From Candidatus Delongbacteria bacterium (lineage in GTDB: Bacteria; CAIWAD01), in contig OY760505.1 in NCBI GenBank assembly GCA_963663545.1, positions 672,001 through 736,000 on the forward strand: a DNA stretch of 64,000 nt, written 5' to 3'. The position numbers and the translations under genes are program-made. Shown here in pieces: positions 44,451 to 53,014 of the stretch. Position 1 is the stretch's first letter. Each line of letters begins with the position of its first letter. The notes under the pieces were generated by a model. That model did not search any database and was not told where the DNA came from. It saw nothing but the letters and a program-made list of their open reading frames with translations.

Positions 44451-44888
44451 ATGTTGTGTTCTCTTCGCGGATATATCGCCCGACCCGCGGCTGCTCTGTG
44501 CCTTGTTGCGCTGGTCATTCTATTGATCCCGGGCAGTCTGCGCGCCTGGTCTGCAGAATTGGAACAACAACTGCCCTCATCAGCCAAGCACTGCTGCATT
44601 CACCACGATCACGCCGAGCTCCCGCAGGTCGAAGAGAGCCACGGCTGTTGTCACATGGACAATGCGAGCCCGTCGCAGGACCAGAATGACGATTCCGGTT
44701 GTTGCGGTGATTCCTGCAAACATGCGGAGTGCAGCTGCAATGTCTTGGCCGGAAGCCAGGTACTGTGCACACAAGCACTTCACTTCAGACTGCCCCATTG
44801 GCCTACCTCCAAACAGGAAGACCTTCGCCGCTTTCAGGCTCCAACAAGTCCCTTTCGTAAAGGCGTATTTCGTCCCCCGCTCGCCTGA
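44451..44888 (+). CDS. Cys/His-rich leader protein ending in FRPP (DUF2946/CruR-like architecture)
   Basis: Hydrophobic N-terminus, HCCIHHDH, HGCCH, CCGDSCKHAECSC, terminal VFRPPLA; directly upstream of a TonB-dependent receptor. Confidence 0.7.
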   Translation: MLCSLRGYIARPAAALCLVALVILLIPGSLRAWSAELEQQLPSSAKHCCIHHDHAELPQVEESHGCCHMDNASPSQDQNDDSGCCGDSCKHAECSCNVLAGSQVLCTQALHFRLPHWPTSKQEDLRRFQAPTSPFRKGVFRPPLA

Positions 44889-44937
44889 ACTCCACTCAGG
44901 CAACATCAACACCAAACATCATTGAACGGGGGACATC

Positions 44938-47085
44938 ATGTCCAAGACGGTCGTTTACATGCTGCTCGTGCTGGCGCTTCTGTCCAGCGCATTTGCGGCT
45001 GAACTTGAATTGACAATCCACGGCGAGGACGGCGCTCCGCTATCCGGCGTCAATGTGATACACCATGAATTGAAACTGGGTGCCAGCACCTCTCTCGACG
45101 GCATGGCGCTGGTGGAACACATCCCCGCCGGCAAGCACATGTTCCATATCAGTTCTGTCGGCTACCAAAGTCAAATGCTAGAGCTGGTCTTTGGCGAAAA
45201 CGAGCGCGTGACACAAGAGTTGATCCTGCACAGTGCTGTTCTGGAAGCCGCCGCTGTTACCGTTCACGGCCATAGTGAGGGGCTTGTGAGCTCAGGCACG
45301 CACATGGTTGAGGTTCAGAGTACGGAAGCGCTGGCTCTGAACAGTGGCAGCACACTCGACCTGCTTGGCGAGCACGAAGGCGTCGACACCAAACCCTGTG
45401 CTCTCTGTGGATCAGCTGGAGTTGGCCTGCAAGGGCTGGATGCGGCCTACACCGAAGTGCAGCAGGACGGGATGACACTGATGAGTGGCGTTGGCGGACT
45501 CTACGGGCTGGACAGTGCGCCGACCGAGGGCTTGGCACGCACCGAACTCAGGCAGGGTAGCTCAGACAGCCACCAGAGTGGTGCGGCCATTGCCGGACAG
45601 GTGAATCTGGTCAGCGCACCCGTGGAGGCACAGGACACTCTTGTGATACGGCTGGCCCTTGGCGATCACCTGCGTCACGACGCCGGTGTGACACTCGGTG
45701 GTCGCTTGCTGCATCTGCCAACTCGACTGCAAGCCGACTGGTCTGCGGACCCGCAGCGTATCGATGGCAATGAGGATCAACTGACCGATACTCCAGAGCT
45801 GGGCCGGTTGAACCTGCAACTAGAGCAGCGTGCCCGTCTGGGAAACATTGACTGGAACTGGAAGCTGCGCGGCATGGGTGAGGAGCGCTTTGCAGGCGAT
45901 CTGGATTGGTCTGCGGCCGATCGCGGATCAGCCAGCGTCTATGGCCGCGACATTCGCACCAGGCGCGGCGAAGGCACTCTAAGGGCCACCTGGCGTGATA
46001 CAAAGGGTGCCGAATGGAATTGGCGCAGTGGGTTGGTGTATCACCACCAGGATTCCTGGTACGGTGCGACATCTTTTGATGCCGTGCAGCAGCGGGGGCT
46101 CGGCAAACTCTCGCGCAGTCTGGCTGGCAGCGAGTGGGAAGTAGGCCTGACCTATGAAGACTACCGCGACAATCTGCAGCTTGAACAGCAGACCGATCGC
46201 ATGGATCTGATTCCCCACGCCTTCTATCAGCGGCTCTGGCAGCCTGCCCCGGCGGTGCAACTTACGACGGGTCTGCGTGTGGAATCCCATCACGAACAGG
46301 CATTGGTTCCGCTGCTCAACAGCAGCGTGCGCTGGCAGGTAAGTCCAGCGTGGATGACGACGCTGGGGGCCGGACAAGGCTATCGGCCCATTACCCTTTT
46401 CAGCCTGGACAAAGCCGTCCATGCTGGCTTCGATGGTGTGGAGCTCGCCAGTGAGCTCGACCCGGAACAGAGCCTGAGTCTCAACTGGACGCTGGAGTAC
46501 AGCCGTGTGGCAAGTACCCTTGTATCACGAAGTACACTGCGGGTCTTTGACACGGAATTCCGCGACAAGGCGATTCTCGCTTATGGCGAGGAAGCGGGTA
46601 CGGTGATCTACAGCAATGCCCAGCGCGCCTATTCGCGGGGACTGAGCCTGAGCCAGAATCTGGTCTGGCCCAATGGCCTGCAGTGGAAGGCCAATGCCTC
46701 GTGGTCGCGTGTTCGATATCTGCAGGACGGCAGCTGGCAACGCGAGCATATGCAGAATGCCTGGACAGCGGGGACTTCGCTCTCGTGGCGTGCAACACAG
46801 CGAGGCACACTGATTCGCCTTAGAGGAAACTTCTATGGTCCGCAGGAATTACCCGAGGGGCGCACGCGTGATACATCCCCCATCTGGCAGACCTGGGATC
46901 TGGATCTGAATCAACAGGTGGGCAGTGTTGATCTGCTGCTTAGCGTGGAAAACCTGTTTGACTGGGTGCAAAAGGATTCGCCCTTTGTGCAGGACGCATC
47001 CGGTGTATTGATTGATTCGGCAATGATCTACGGTCCCCTAGTAGGCAGACGCTACAAGCTGCAGCTGAGCGTTGCTGTGCTGTAA
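44938..47085 (+). CDS. TonB-dependent receptor with N-terminal CarboxypepD-like domain
   Basis: Signal peptide, PLSGVNV...SSVGY, plug with CALCG and AIAGQVNL, C-terminal VENLFD...YGPLVGR. Confidence 0.9.
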   Translation: MSKTVVYMLLVLALLSSAFAAELELTIHGEDGAPLSGVNVIHHELKLGASTSLDGMALVEHIPAGKHMFHISSVGYQSQMLELVFGENERVTQELILHSAVLEAAAVTVHGHSEGLVSSGTHMVEVQSTEALALNSGSTLDLLGEHEGVDTKPCALCGSAGVGLQGLDAAYTEVQQDGMTLMSGVGGLYGLDSAPTEGLARTELRQGSSDSHQSGAAIAGQVNLVSAPVEAQDTLVIRLALGDHLRHDAGVTLGGRLLHLPTRLQADWSADPQRIDGNEDQLTDTPELGRLNLQLEQRARLGNIDWNWKLRGMGEERFAGDLDWSAADRGSASVYGRDIRTRRGEGTLRATWRDTKGAEWNWRSGLVYHHQDSWYGATSFDAVQQRGLGKLSRSLAGSEWEVGLTYEDYRDNLQLEQQTDRMDLIPHAFYQRLWQPAPAVQLTTGLRVESHHEQALVPLLNSSVRWQVSPAWMTTLGAGQGYRPITLFSLDKAVHAGFDGVELASELDPEQSLSLNWTLEYSRVASTLVSRSTLRVFDTEFRDKAILAYGEEAGTVIYSNAQRAYSRGLSLSQNLVWPNGLQWKANASWSRVRYLQDGSWQREHMQNAWTAGTSLSWRATQRGTLIRLRGNFYGPQELPEGRTRDTSPIWQTWDLDLNQQVGSVDLLLSVENLFDWVQKDSPFVQDASGVLIDSAMIYGPLVGRRYKLQLSVAVL

Positions 47086-47093
47086 CACAAAAC

Positions 47094-47123
47094 AGAAAGG
47101 CCCCGAATTGCGGGGCCTTTTCT
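47094..47123. terminator. Bidirectional terminator between convergent genes
   Basis: AGAAAGGCCCCG-AATTG-CGGGGCCTTTTCT. Confidence 0.8.
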
Positions 47124-47141
47124 TTGTGTCACAAGCGAAGA

Positions 47142-48485
47142 CTAGTACTCGAGTGCCTCAACCTGATAGAAGCCCATGGCGAAGGGATCGGGAATCAAAC
47201 CCAGATCCACTTCGGACCCCGTGGTCTCCTCCAACAGATTCCACTCCCCTTCGTAGGGCAAATCGCGGTGATACACACGGTAGGCGTCGGCACACTCCAG
47301 CGCATTCCAGCGCAGAAAGAAGTGGCCGTCTTGCTGGTCCAAGTGAATCACGGGCTGCGGCAAATCGTCGTGTGGCCCGGGATAATAGGCGACTACGCCG
47401 TCCAAGTCGCAACCCGGAGTACCCGTGTTACACGTGGTCGTCGACAAATCAACCAGCTTCAAGTATCGAGCCGCGCACTTGCCAGCATCATCCAAATCGA
47501 AACTCTGGCTTCCATTACCCAACGCCAGGTAGGTCCAGGGACCGGTGGCGGAATTGGAGACCCAGACTTCGTAGTACTCGTCCACACCGCCCGTTGCCGC
47601 ACCCAGCTCGACGATTTCGAAATCCACGCCAGGTCCGTTCAGGATGGCTTCATCGTCCGGGCCCATATCCAGAATGATCCACGCGGTGTCTGAATTACCA
47701 CTGCAGTCGCCGCCCAGAGCGACGAACTGCTGGTCGGGAGCTCCCAGCATCTCCAAGGGGTTGGTGTAGTTGTTCGTTTCATTGCCAGGCTGTATCACAT
47801 AGTCCACCACGCTGTCCACGTAGGGGTCTAACTCGACTCCGGTGAGAGGCTGTACCAGCAAGTTGTCGAACTCAATAGGACTCATGGCGCGCACAAACAG
47901 GCCGATTCCACCCTGACTGAAGGTCTCGTCTGTCAGGCTGAAGACCAGAGTATCCTGCCAGAAAACACTGATCTGCGATCCCGACAGCACCAGACCGAGG
48001 TTCTGCCAGGAACCCTGTCCATAGCGGAAATCCGTGTCGGCAATCAGCTCAGTCCAGTTCCCGTTGCTGCCAGCGTTGAGATAAAGTCCGGGATGCTGGT
48101 CGTTGTTGAAGCTGAGACGATAGCCGAACCCTTCGCCCTCTTGCAGCGTCGAGCGGAAGTAAAGCCCCCAATCGTCATTGTCGCCGGGCTTCACCGAAAG
48201 GTCGAAGCGGCAATCCGTCCAGCAGCGGTCACTGAGCCAGGCCACGCTTCCATGCAGATCGGGATAGGCATCGCCGCTCAAATACACATTGCTGCTTTGG
48301 CGCAGCGTTCCGGCTGTGGTCCAATACCAGTTGCTGGCGCCACCGACCATGCCGGGCGTGTCTACAATGGTGTAGGCCACCAGCTGGTCTGCGCTAAGAA
48401 AGGAATGAAAGAGCAGGCCGTCGTCGCATTGAGCATAAGCTCCGCGCATCATGATAACCAGCAAAAGCAGAGCGAGTTGTTTCAT
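47142..48485 (-). CDS. Secreted protein with lectin-like beta-sandwich domains and a C-terminal W/YRV/FYxV domain
   Basis: Signal peptide MKQLALLLL; DNDDWGLYFR...GGIGL...FDNL; LGAPD...ILDMG...DLDGV. Confidence 0.78.
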   Translation of the reverse strand: MKQLALLLLVIMMRGAYAQCDDGLLFHSFLSADQLVAYTIVDTPGMVGGASNWYWTTAGTLRQSSNVYLSGDAYPDLHGSVAWLSDRCWTDCRFDLSVKPGDNDDWGLYFRSTLQEGEGFGYRLSFNNDQHPGLYLNAGSNGNWTELIADTDFRYGQGSWQNLGLVLSGSQISVFWQDTLVFSLTDETFSQGGIGLFVRAMSPIEFDNLLVQPLTGVELDPYVDSVVDYVIQPGNETNNYTNPLEMLGAPDQQFVALGGDCSGNSDTAWIILDMGPDDEAILNGPGVDFEIVELGAATGGVDEYYEVWVSNSATGPWTYLALGNGSQSFDLDDAGKCAARYLKLVDLSTTTCNTGTPGCDLDGVVAYYPGPHDDLPQPVIHLDQQDGHFFLRWNALECADAYRVYHRDLPYEGEWNLLEETTGSEVDLGLIPDPFAMGFYQVEALEY

Positions 48486-48631
48486 GAGTCCCCCAATTGT
48501 GCAAATTTTGACACTGCCGCCAGAGTAATACATCACAAAGCTGAATGCAAGCCGCACGAGTGCTGTGCTAGGAAACAAAAGAGGGCACCAAAGAGCCCTC
48601 ATTCGTCTTCATCCTTAACCCTGCATGAAAA

Positions 48632-49348
48632 TCAGCGCATCAAAACGATACGCGTGCTTCGACAAAGGCCATCGCTTCGCAGCTGGCACAAATAAACACC
48701 ACTGGGCCAGGTGTCCATCTCGACGCGCACCGAATGCTCTCCCGCCTCTTGCAGTCCACTTGCCAGCAACGCCATTTGCTGGCCACGCAGATTGTACACC
48801 GCCAGCTCAGCCTGCTGCGTTGCGGGCAGCGAGTACTCGATGACGGCGCTGCCGTTGCAGGGATTGGGATAGGCGTCTTGCAGCTCGAAGCTGTGCTCCA
48901 GTTCCTCCGCAGCGGCGGGTTCAAGGCAGCCATTTCCCGGCGGAACATCCACCTCAATCGGCGGAATGAAATCCGGTGTGTCAAAGAAGTAGATCACCGG
49001 TGGATTAACGACAGTGTCAACAGTGTAGGCAAAGCCCGGCCCGACAAACTCTGCGTGAAAACCGCAGACTTCCATCATGGGAGCAATGATGATCTCCTCA
49101 GGTATGACATCCTCGTACACAAACCAGTAGGGTGGATACTCGTACTGCTGTGGGGCCACAAGCTCCATTGGCACTTCGAAGAGCATCCCCAGCACCGTTA
49201 CGTCCAAGTAAGCCTCGGCCGGGTAGCAGGTCTCAGAATTCCAGCATTCCACATCGTCGAACTCTGCAGAATTGATGCAGAACACCAGTTCAGCCTGCAG
49301 CCCTAGAGCGCAGGTTAAAACTGCGCAGAATCGGAGTAGCACTTTCAT
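48632..49348 (-). CDS. Variable-N/constant-C secreted protein, copy 1
   Basis: Signal peptide; AYPNPCNGSAVIEYSL...STRIVLMR sorting-type domain. Confidence 0.88.
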   Translation of the reverse strand: MKVLLRFCAVLTCALGLQAELVFCINSAEFDDVECWNSETCYPAEAYLDVTVLGMLFEVPMELVAPQQYEYPPYWFVYEDVIPEEIIIAPMMEVCGFHAEFVGPGFAYTVDTVVNPPVIYFFDTPDFIPPIEVDVPPGNGCLEPAAAEELEHSFELQDAYPNPCNGSAVIEYSLPATQQAELAVYNLRGQQMALLASGLQEAGEHSVRVEMDTWPSGVYLCQLRSDGLCRSTRIVLMR

Positions 49349-49396
49349 GACAGCTCCTCGCTTCTTTCCCCTGTACAGTACACAGACATAGGTCAA

Positions 49397-50122
49397 TTAC
49401 CGCATCAAGACGATACGCGTGCTTCGACAAAGGCCATCGCTTCGCAGCCGGCACAGATAAACGCCACTGGGCCAGGTGTCCATCTCGACGCGCACCGAAT
49501 GCTCTCCCGCCTCTTGCAGTCCACTTGCCAGCAGCGCCATTTGCTGGCCACGCAGATTGTACACCGCCAGCTCAGCCTGCTGCGTTGCGGGCAGCGAGTA
49601 CTCGATGACGGCGCTGCCGTTGCAGGGATTGGGATAGGCATCTTGCAGCTCGAAGCTGTGCTCCAGCTCTTGAGGAATGAATAGATCAATGCAGCCATTA
49701 CCGGGTGGGACGTGTACCTGGGTAATAATCCTCCAGAATGGTGGCACGTCAGGATATCCAACTTCAAAAGTGATCCCCTCACTAAAGCTGTAATCAAGAT
49801 TCGGTCCGTCTAGAAAAAAATATACGCTATCAAGCAGGCAACCTGCAGGTAAACCCACAGCTTCCTCATCACTGAGCTCATACGTAAACCACTCGTCTGG
49901 AAAGCCATATATGCTGCCTACAGTCAAATCCATCGATACTTCAAAGAAGAACCATTCTAAATAGCTGAACCGCAGATAGGCATCAGGCGGCTCAGATGTT
50001 TCCGGATCCCAGCAGTCCACCTCCAGCAACTCCTGTGGATCAATAGCGAAGACGAAATCGCTGGCAGAAGCACTGAGCGGGAGGCAGAGCAGAAATGGAA
50101 GTAGAAGCGCCGTCATCTTCAC
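49397..50122 (-). CDS. Variable-N/constant-C secreted protein, copy 2
   Basis: Same C-terminal domain; distinct N-terminal domain. Confidence 0.88.
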   Translation of the reverse strand: MKMTALLLPFLLCLPLSASASDFVFAIDPQELLEVDCWDPETSEPPDAYLRFSYLEWFFFEVSMDLTVGSIYGFPDEWFTYELSDEEAVGLPAGCLLDSVYFFLDGPNLDYSFSEGITFEVGYPDVPPFWRIITQVHVPPGNGCIDLFIPQELEHSFELQDAYPNPCNGSAVIEYSLPATQQAELAVYNLRGQQMALLASGLQEAGEHSVRVEMDTWPSGVYLCRLRSDGLCRSTRIVLMR

Positions 50123-50152
50123 TTGAAGCCCCCTTTTGTCAGATCCATTCGC

Positions 50153-50860
50153 CTACCGGACTAAAAGAAGACGACGGCTTTGGCTAAGAGTCGCAGTCTG
50201 CAGCTGGCACAGATAAACGCCACTGGGCCAGGTGTCCATCTCGACGCGCACCGAGTGCTCTCCCGCCTCTTGCAGCCCACTTGCCAGCAACGCCATTTGC
50301 TGGCCACGCAGATTGTACACCGCCAGCTCAGCCTGCTGCGTTGCGGGCAGCGAATACTCGATGACGGCGCTGCCGTTGCAGGGATTGGGATAGGCATTCT
50401 GCAGCTCGAAGCTGTGCTCCAGTTCCTCCGCAGCGGCGGGTTCAATGCAGCCGTCACCGGGCGGGATCACGTAATAATCGCAAACACCTGGCGGCAGAGG
50501 TAAAATGGCAATATTGTATGGACTCGCAAATTCTTGTTCAACAAGATAATAGAATCCTGGTCCGCCAAACTCTACTGCAATTCCCAGCAGGGAAAAGGGC
50601 GGCATGTTCGCCCCTAAATCGAACCCAATCAGATACCATCCATCAACACTCTCTCCTTGTGTTTGGACAACTCCAGAGATTGTGAACTCATTTTGCATGA
50701 TATCCCTTACGGTGATCCGAGCATCCTGAAAGAAGCAAGTCTCGGGATCATAGCACTCCACTTCTGAAAGCCTGCTTGCATCGATAGATAGATAGAAAAT
50801 CTCCGCATGGCTACTGGCGACGCAAACCAGCGCCAACAACACCGAAAACAAGCGCATCAT
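50153..50860 (-). CDS. Variable-N/constant-C secreted protein, copy 3
   Basis: GGAGG RBS; same C-terminal domain with a different last ~14 aa. Confidence 0.88.
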   Translation of the reverse strand: MMRLFSVLLALVCVASSHAEIFYLSIDASRLSEVECYDPETCFFQDARITVRDIMQNEFTISGVVQTQGESVDGWYLIGFDLGANMPPFSLLGIAVEFGGPGFYYLVEQEFASPYNIAILPLPPGVCDYYVIPPGDGCIEPAAAEELEHSFELQNAYPNPCNGSAVIEYSLPATQQAELAVYNLRGQQMALLASGLQEAGEHSVRVEMDTWPSGVYLCQLQTATLSQSRRLLLVR

Positions 50861-51091
50861 GTCGTCCTCCCTTCAATAACCCGTCTTTGGTAAACCAGCA
50901 CTGGCAAGCCCTGCAAGCTCCACCCGGCGCGGTTTTGTTTGTTGTACAAAATGATTCTGAGATTGCCATTCGTCCGTGTTGCGATAACAGTGTCGCAATT
51001 TGCTTAGGTGTATCCAACTCATTGCAGCACATGCAAGTAGAAGAAAGGTTCTTCACCCAAAGCTGAGAGTGCTACTACTCTCCGCAGCTCT

Positions 51092-51811
51092 TCAGCGGAC
51101 GAGTAAGAACCGCTTCGTGCCCATCTTCTGCCCAGCTTGCAACTGGCAGAGATACATGCCGCTGGGCCAGTTGTCCATCTCTACGCGCACCGAATGCTGA
51201 CCCGCCTCGTGCAGTCCACTCGCCAGTAGCGTCATTCGCTGACCACGCAAGTTGTACACCGCCAGCTCAGCCTGCTGCGTCGCGGGCAGCGAATACTCGA
51301 TGACGGCGCTGCCGTTGCAGGGGTTGGGATAGGCATTCTGCAGCTCGAAGCTGTACTCTCGTTCCTCAGCAGCGGCGGGTTCAATGCAGCCGTCACCTGA
51401 CAAGGCTGGAAAGACCACAGGAGGGCGCGGGATGGGTGGCGCGATACAGATGACAACGTTGGGTTCAAAGGCATAGGTAAACCAATGATCGAAGTTCGGC
51501 CCCTCGAAATGGATAGATACATAGTAGACCCAGTGGGGCGTATATGGATCAGCATCATCAGGCGTGATGTAGCGGAAAACAAACCAATCGTCAGGTAGGC
51601 TCTCCTCTGCCGGATCAATCCAATCGAGTTCTAAAAATTCATATGGAAATGGATAAACGTCCTTAAGAGCAAACGCTTCTGTAGGTGTGCAGTTTTCCGG
51701 ATTCCAGCATTCAACTGCCGTCATGGAATCCGGATCGATGGCAGTCACAAAATTGATGGCCCTGACAGAAACAGCGCTGCACAACAGCAGCGCAAGCATA
51801 AGAACTCGCAT
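51092..51811 (-). CDS. Variable-N/constant-C secreted protein, copy 4
   Basis: GGAGG RBS before MRVLMLALLL; same C-terminal domain. Confidence 0.88.
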   Translation of the reverse strand: MRVLMLALLLCSAVSVRAINFVTAIDPDSMTAVECWNPENCTPTEAFALKDVYPFPYEFLELDWIDPAEESLPDDWFVFRYITPDDADPYTPHWVYYVSIHFEGPNFDHWFTYAFEPNVVICIAPPIPRPPVVFPALSGDGCIEPAAAEEREYSFELQNAYPNPCNGSAVIEYSLPATQQAELAVYNLRGQRMTLLASGLHEAGQHSVRVEMDNWPSGMYLCQLQAGQKMGTKRFLLVR

Positions 51812-52024
51812 CCTCGCCTCCCTTCTGTTTATCACCAGAAGAAGCCGCTTCGACAGGTCTTGCGTGATACAGTGCGTGGTGGATGATTCTGGTGTGGCTT
51901 CTCATCCCGCTTGATAAATAACAACGTATCTCAATGTGTCACTACATCCAATGGGAAACTCGGGACTTTGCATGAAGACCCTGACAGCTCACAAGGCTAA
52001 ATGGTGAAAAAGCCTCGCAGCTCT

Positions 52025-52738
52025 TCAGCGAACGAGTACAAGCCTGCGCGATGCCACCTGTTGCCCGCCCTGAAGTCGACACAGATACATGCCGCTGGGC
52101 CAGTTATCCATATTCACGTGCGCGCTGTGTACACCTGCGTCCTGTAAGCCCTCGTGAATCACACTCATGAGCCGGCCCTGCAGGTCATACACCGCCAGCC
52201 GAATGTGTTCGGTTGCTGCAAGCGAGTACTCCAGGATAGTGCTCCCATTGCTGGGATTTGGGCGAGCAGTGGCCAAGTAGAAGGGAACTGGTGTTTCCTC
52301 CGCAGCTGCACTTTCGGCATGGCACCCCTCAGAATACAAGTCCCGAATTGGGGGCAAGATCTGGAAATCAGCCTCAGGATCGATAAGCACAGGGGGGTCA
52401 AGGACGTACTCAAACTCAAAGGCGTAGTCGTCGCCTCGATATACGATGTAAAAGAAAAGGCCAAGCACGTACCCGTAATTCCGCTCGAGGTTATCGAATA
52501 CATAATTACTGTATGTGAGTGCATCGCAAGAACCCGACTCATACCCTGTGTATCTCTGGTCGATGCCGAAGTGATCCACCTGGATCTGCGCGATCGCTTC
52601 ATAATCATCCTCCTGTAGATACCGGAAGCAGTCCATTGCCATAAGCGATCCCGTATCCACATACCATGTGAGATAGACGGCATATGCACTGGGGCCGGAC
52701 AGCAATAAACCTAGCAGACAGAAACACAGCGCCTTCAT
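52025..52738 (-). CDS. Variable-N/constant-C secreted protein, copy 5 (most diverged)
   Basis: GAGG RBS before MKALCFCLLG; ARPNPSNGSTILEYSL...MDNWPSGMYLC...RRLVLVR. Confidence 0.85.
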   Translation of the reverse strand: MKALCFCLLGLLLSGPSAYAVYLTWYVDTGSLMAMDCFRYLQEDDYEAIAQIQVDHFGIDQRYTGYESGSCDALTYSNYVFDNLERNYGYVLGLFFYIVYRGDDYAFEFEYVLDPPVLIDPEADFQILPPIRDLYSEGCHAESAAAEETPVPFYLATARPNPSNGSTILEYSLAATEHIRLAVYDLQGRLMSVIHEGLQDAGVHSAHVNMDNWPSGMYLCRLQGGQQVASRRLVLVR

Positions 52739-53014
52739 TGTTTGCCTCGTAGTGATGTTGGAATACAGAAATGAGCCACAGTCGCCGACGTTGCCTGAGC
52801 GGTGAAAGAAGTGCTTGATGAGTGTCCCGGTGTGATTCGTGCCCTTCGCCCGACCGTCAGTGTGGGACTCCCCGATCAGAAGATCAATGCAAAAAAAGCC
52901 CTCAGAAGGAAAGCAATCGCTCGGATTCAAAAAGAAGACTTCGCACGACAATAGGTGGGCAACCCGCTTTGCATTTACCACCTTCGGCCAAGGTCTCAAA
53001 GCTGTGGAACTGCC

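Larger units (their letters stand above)
48636..51397. repeat. Near-identical ~250-270 bp direct repeats encoding the constant domain (48636-48901, 49401-49666, ~50200-50452, ~51139-51397)
   Basis: Copies 1 and 2 align ungapped over 266 bp with 6 mismatches by manual comparison. Confidence 0.95.

Noticed and set aside
48632..52738. Diversity-generating retroelement or shufflon explanation for the array
   Set aside because: No reverse transcriptase or recombinase nearby, all copies are co-oriented full genes, and differences in the repeats are mostly synonymous transitions rather than adenine-specific changes.
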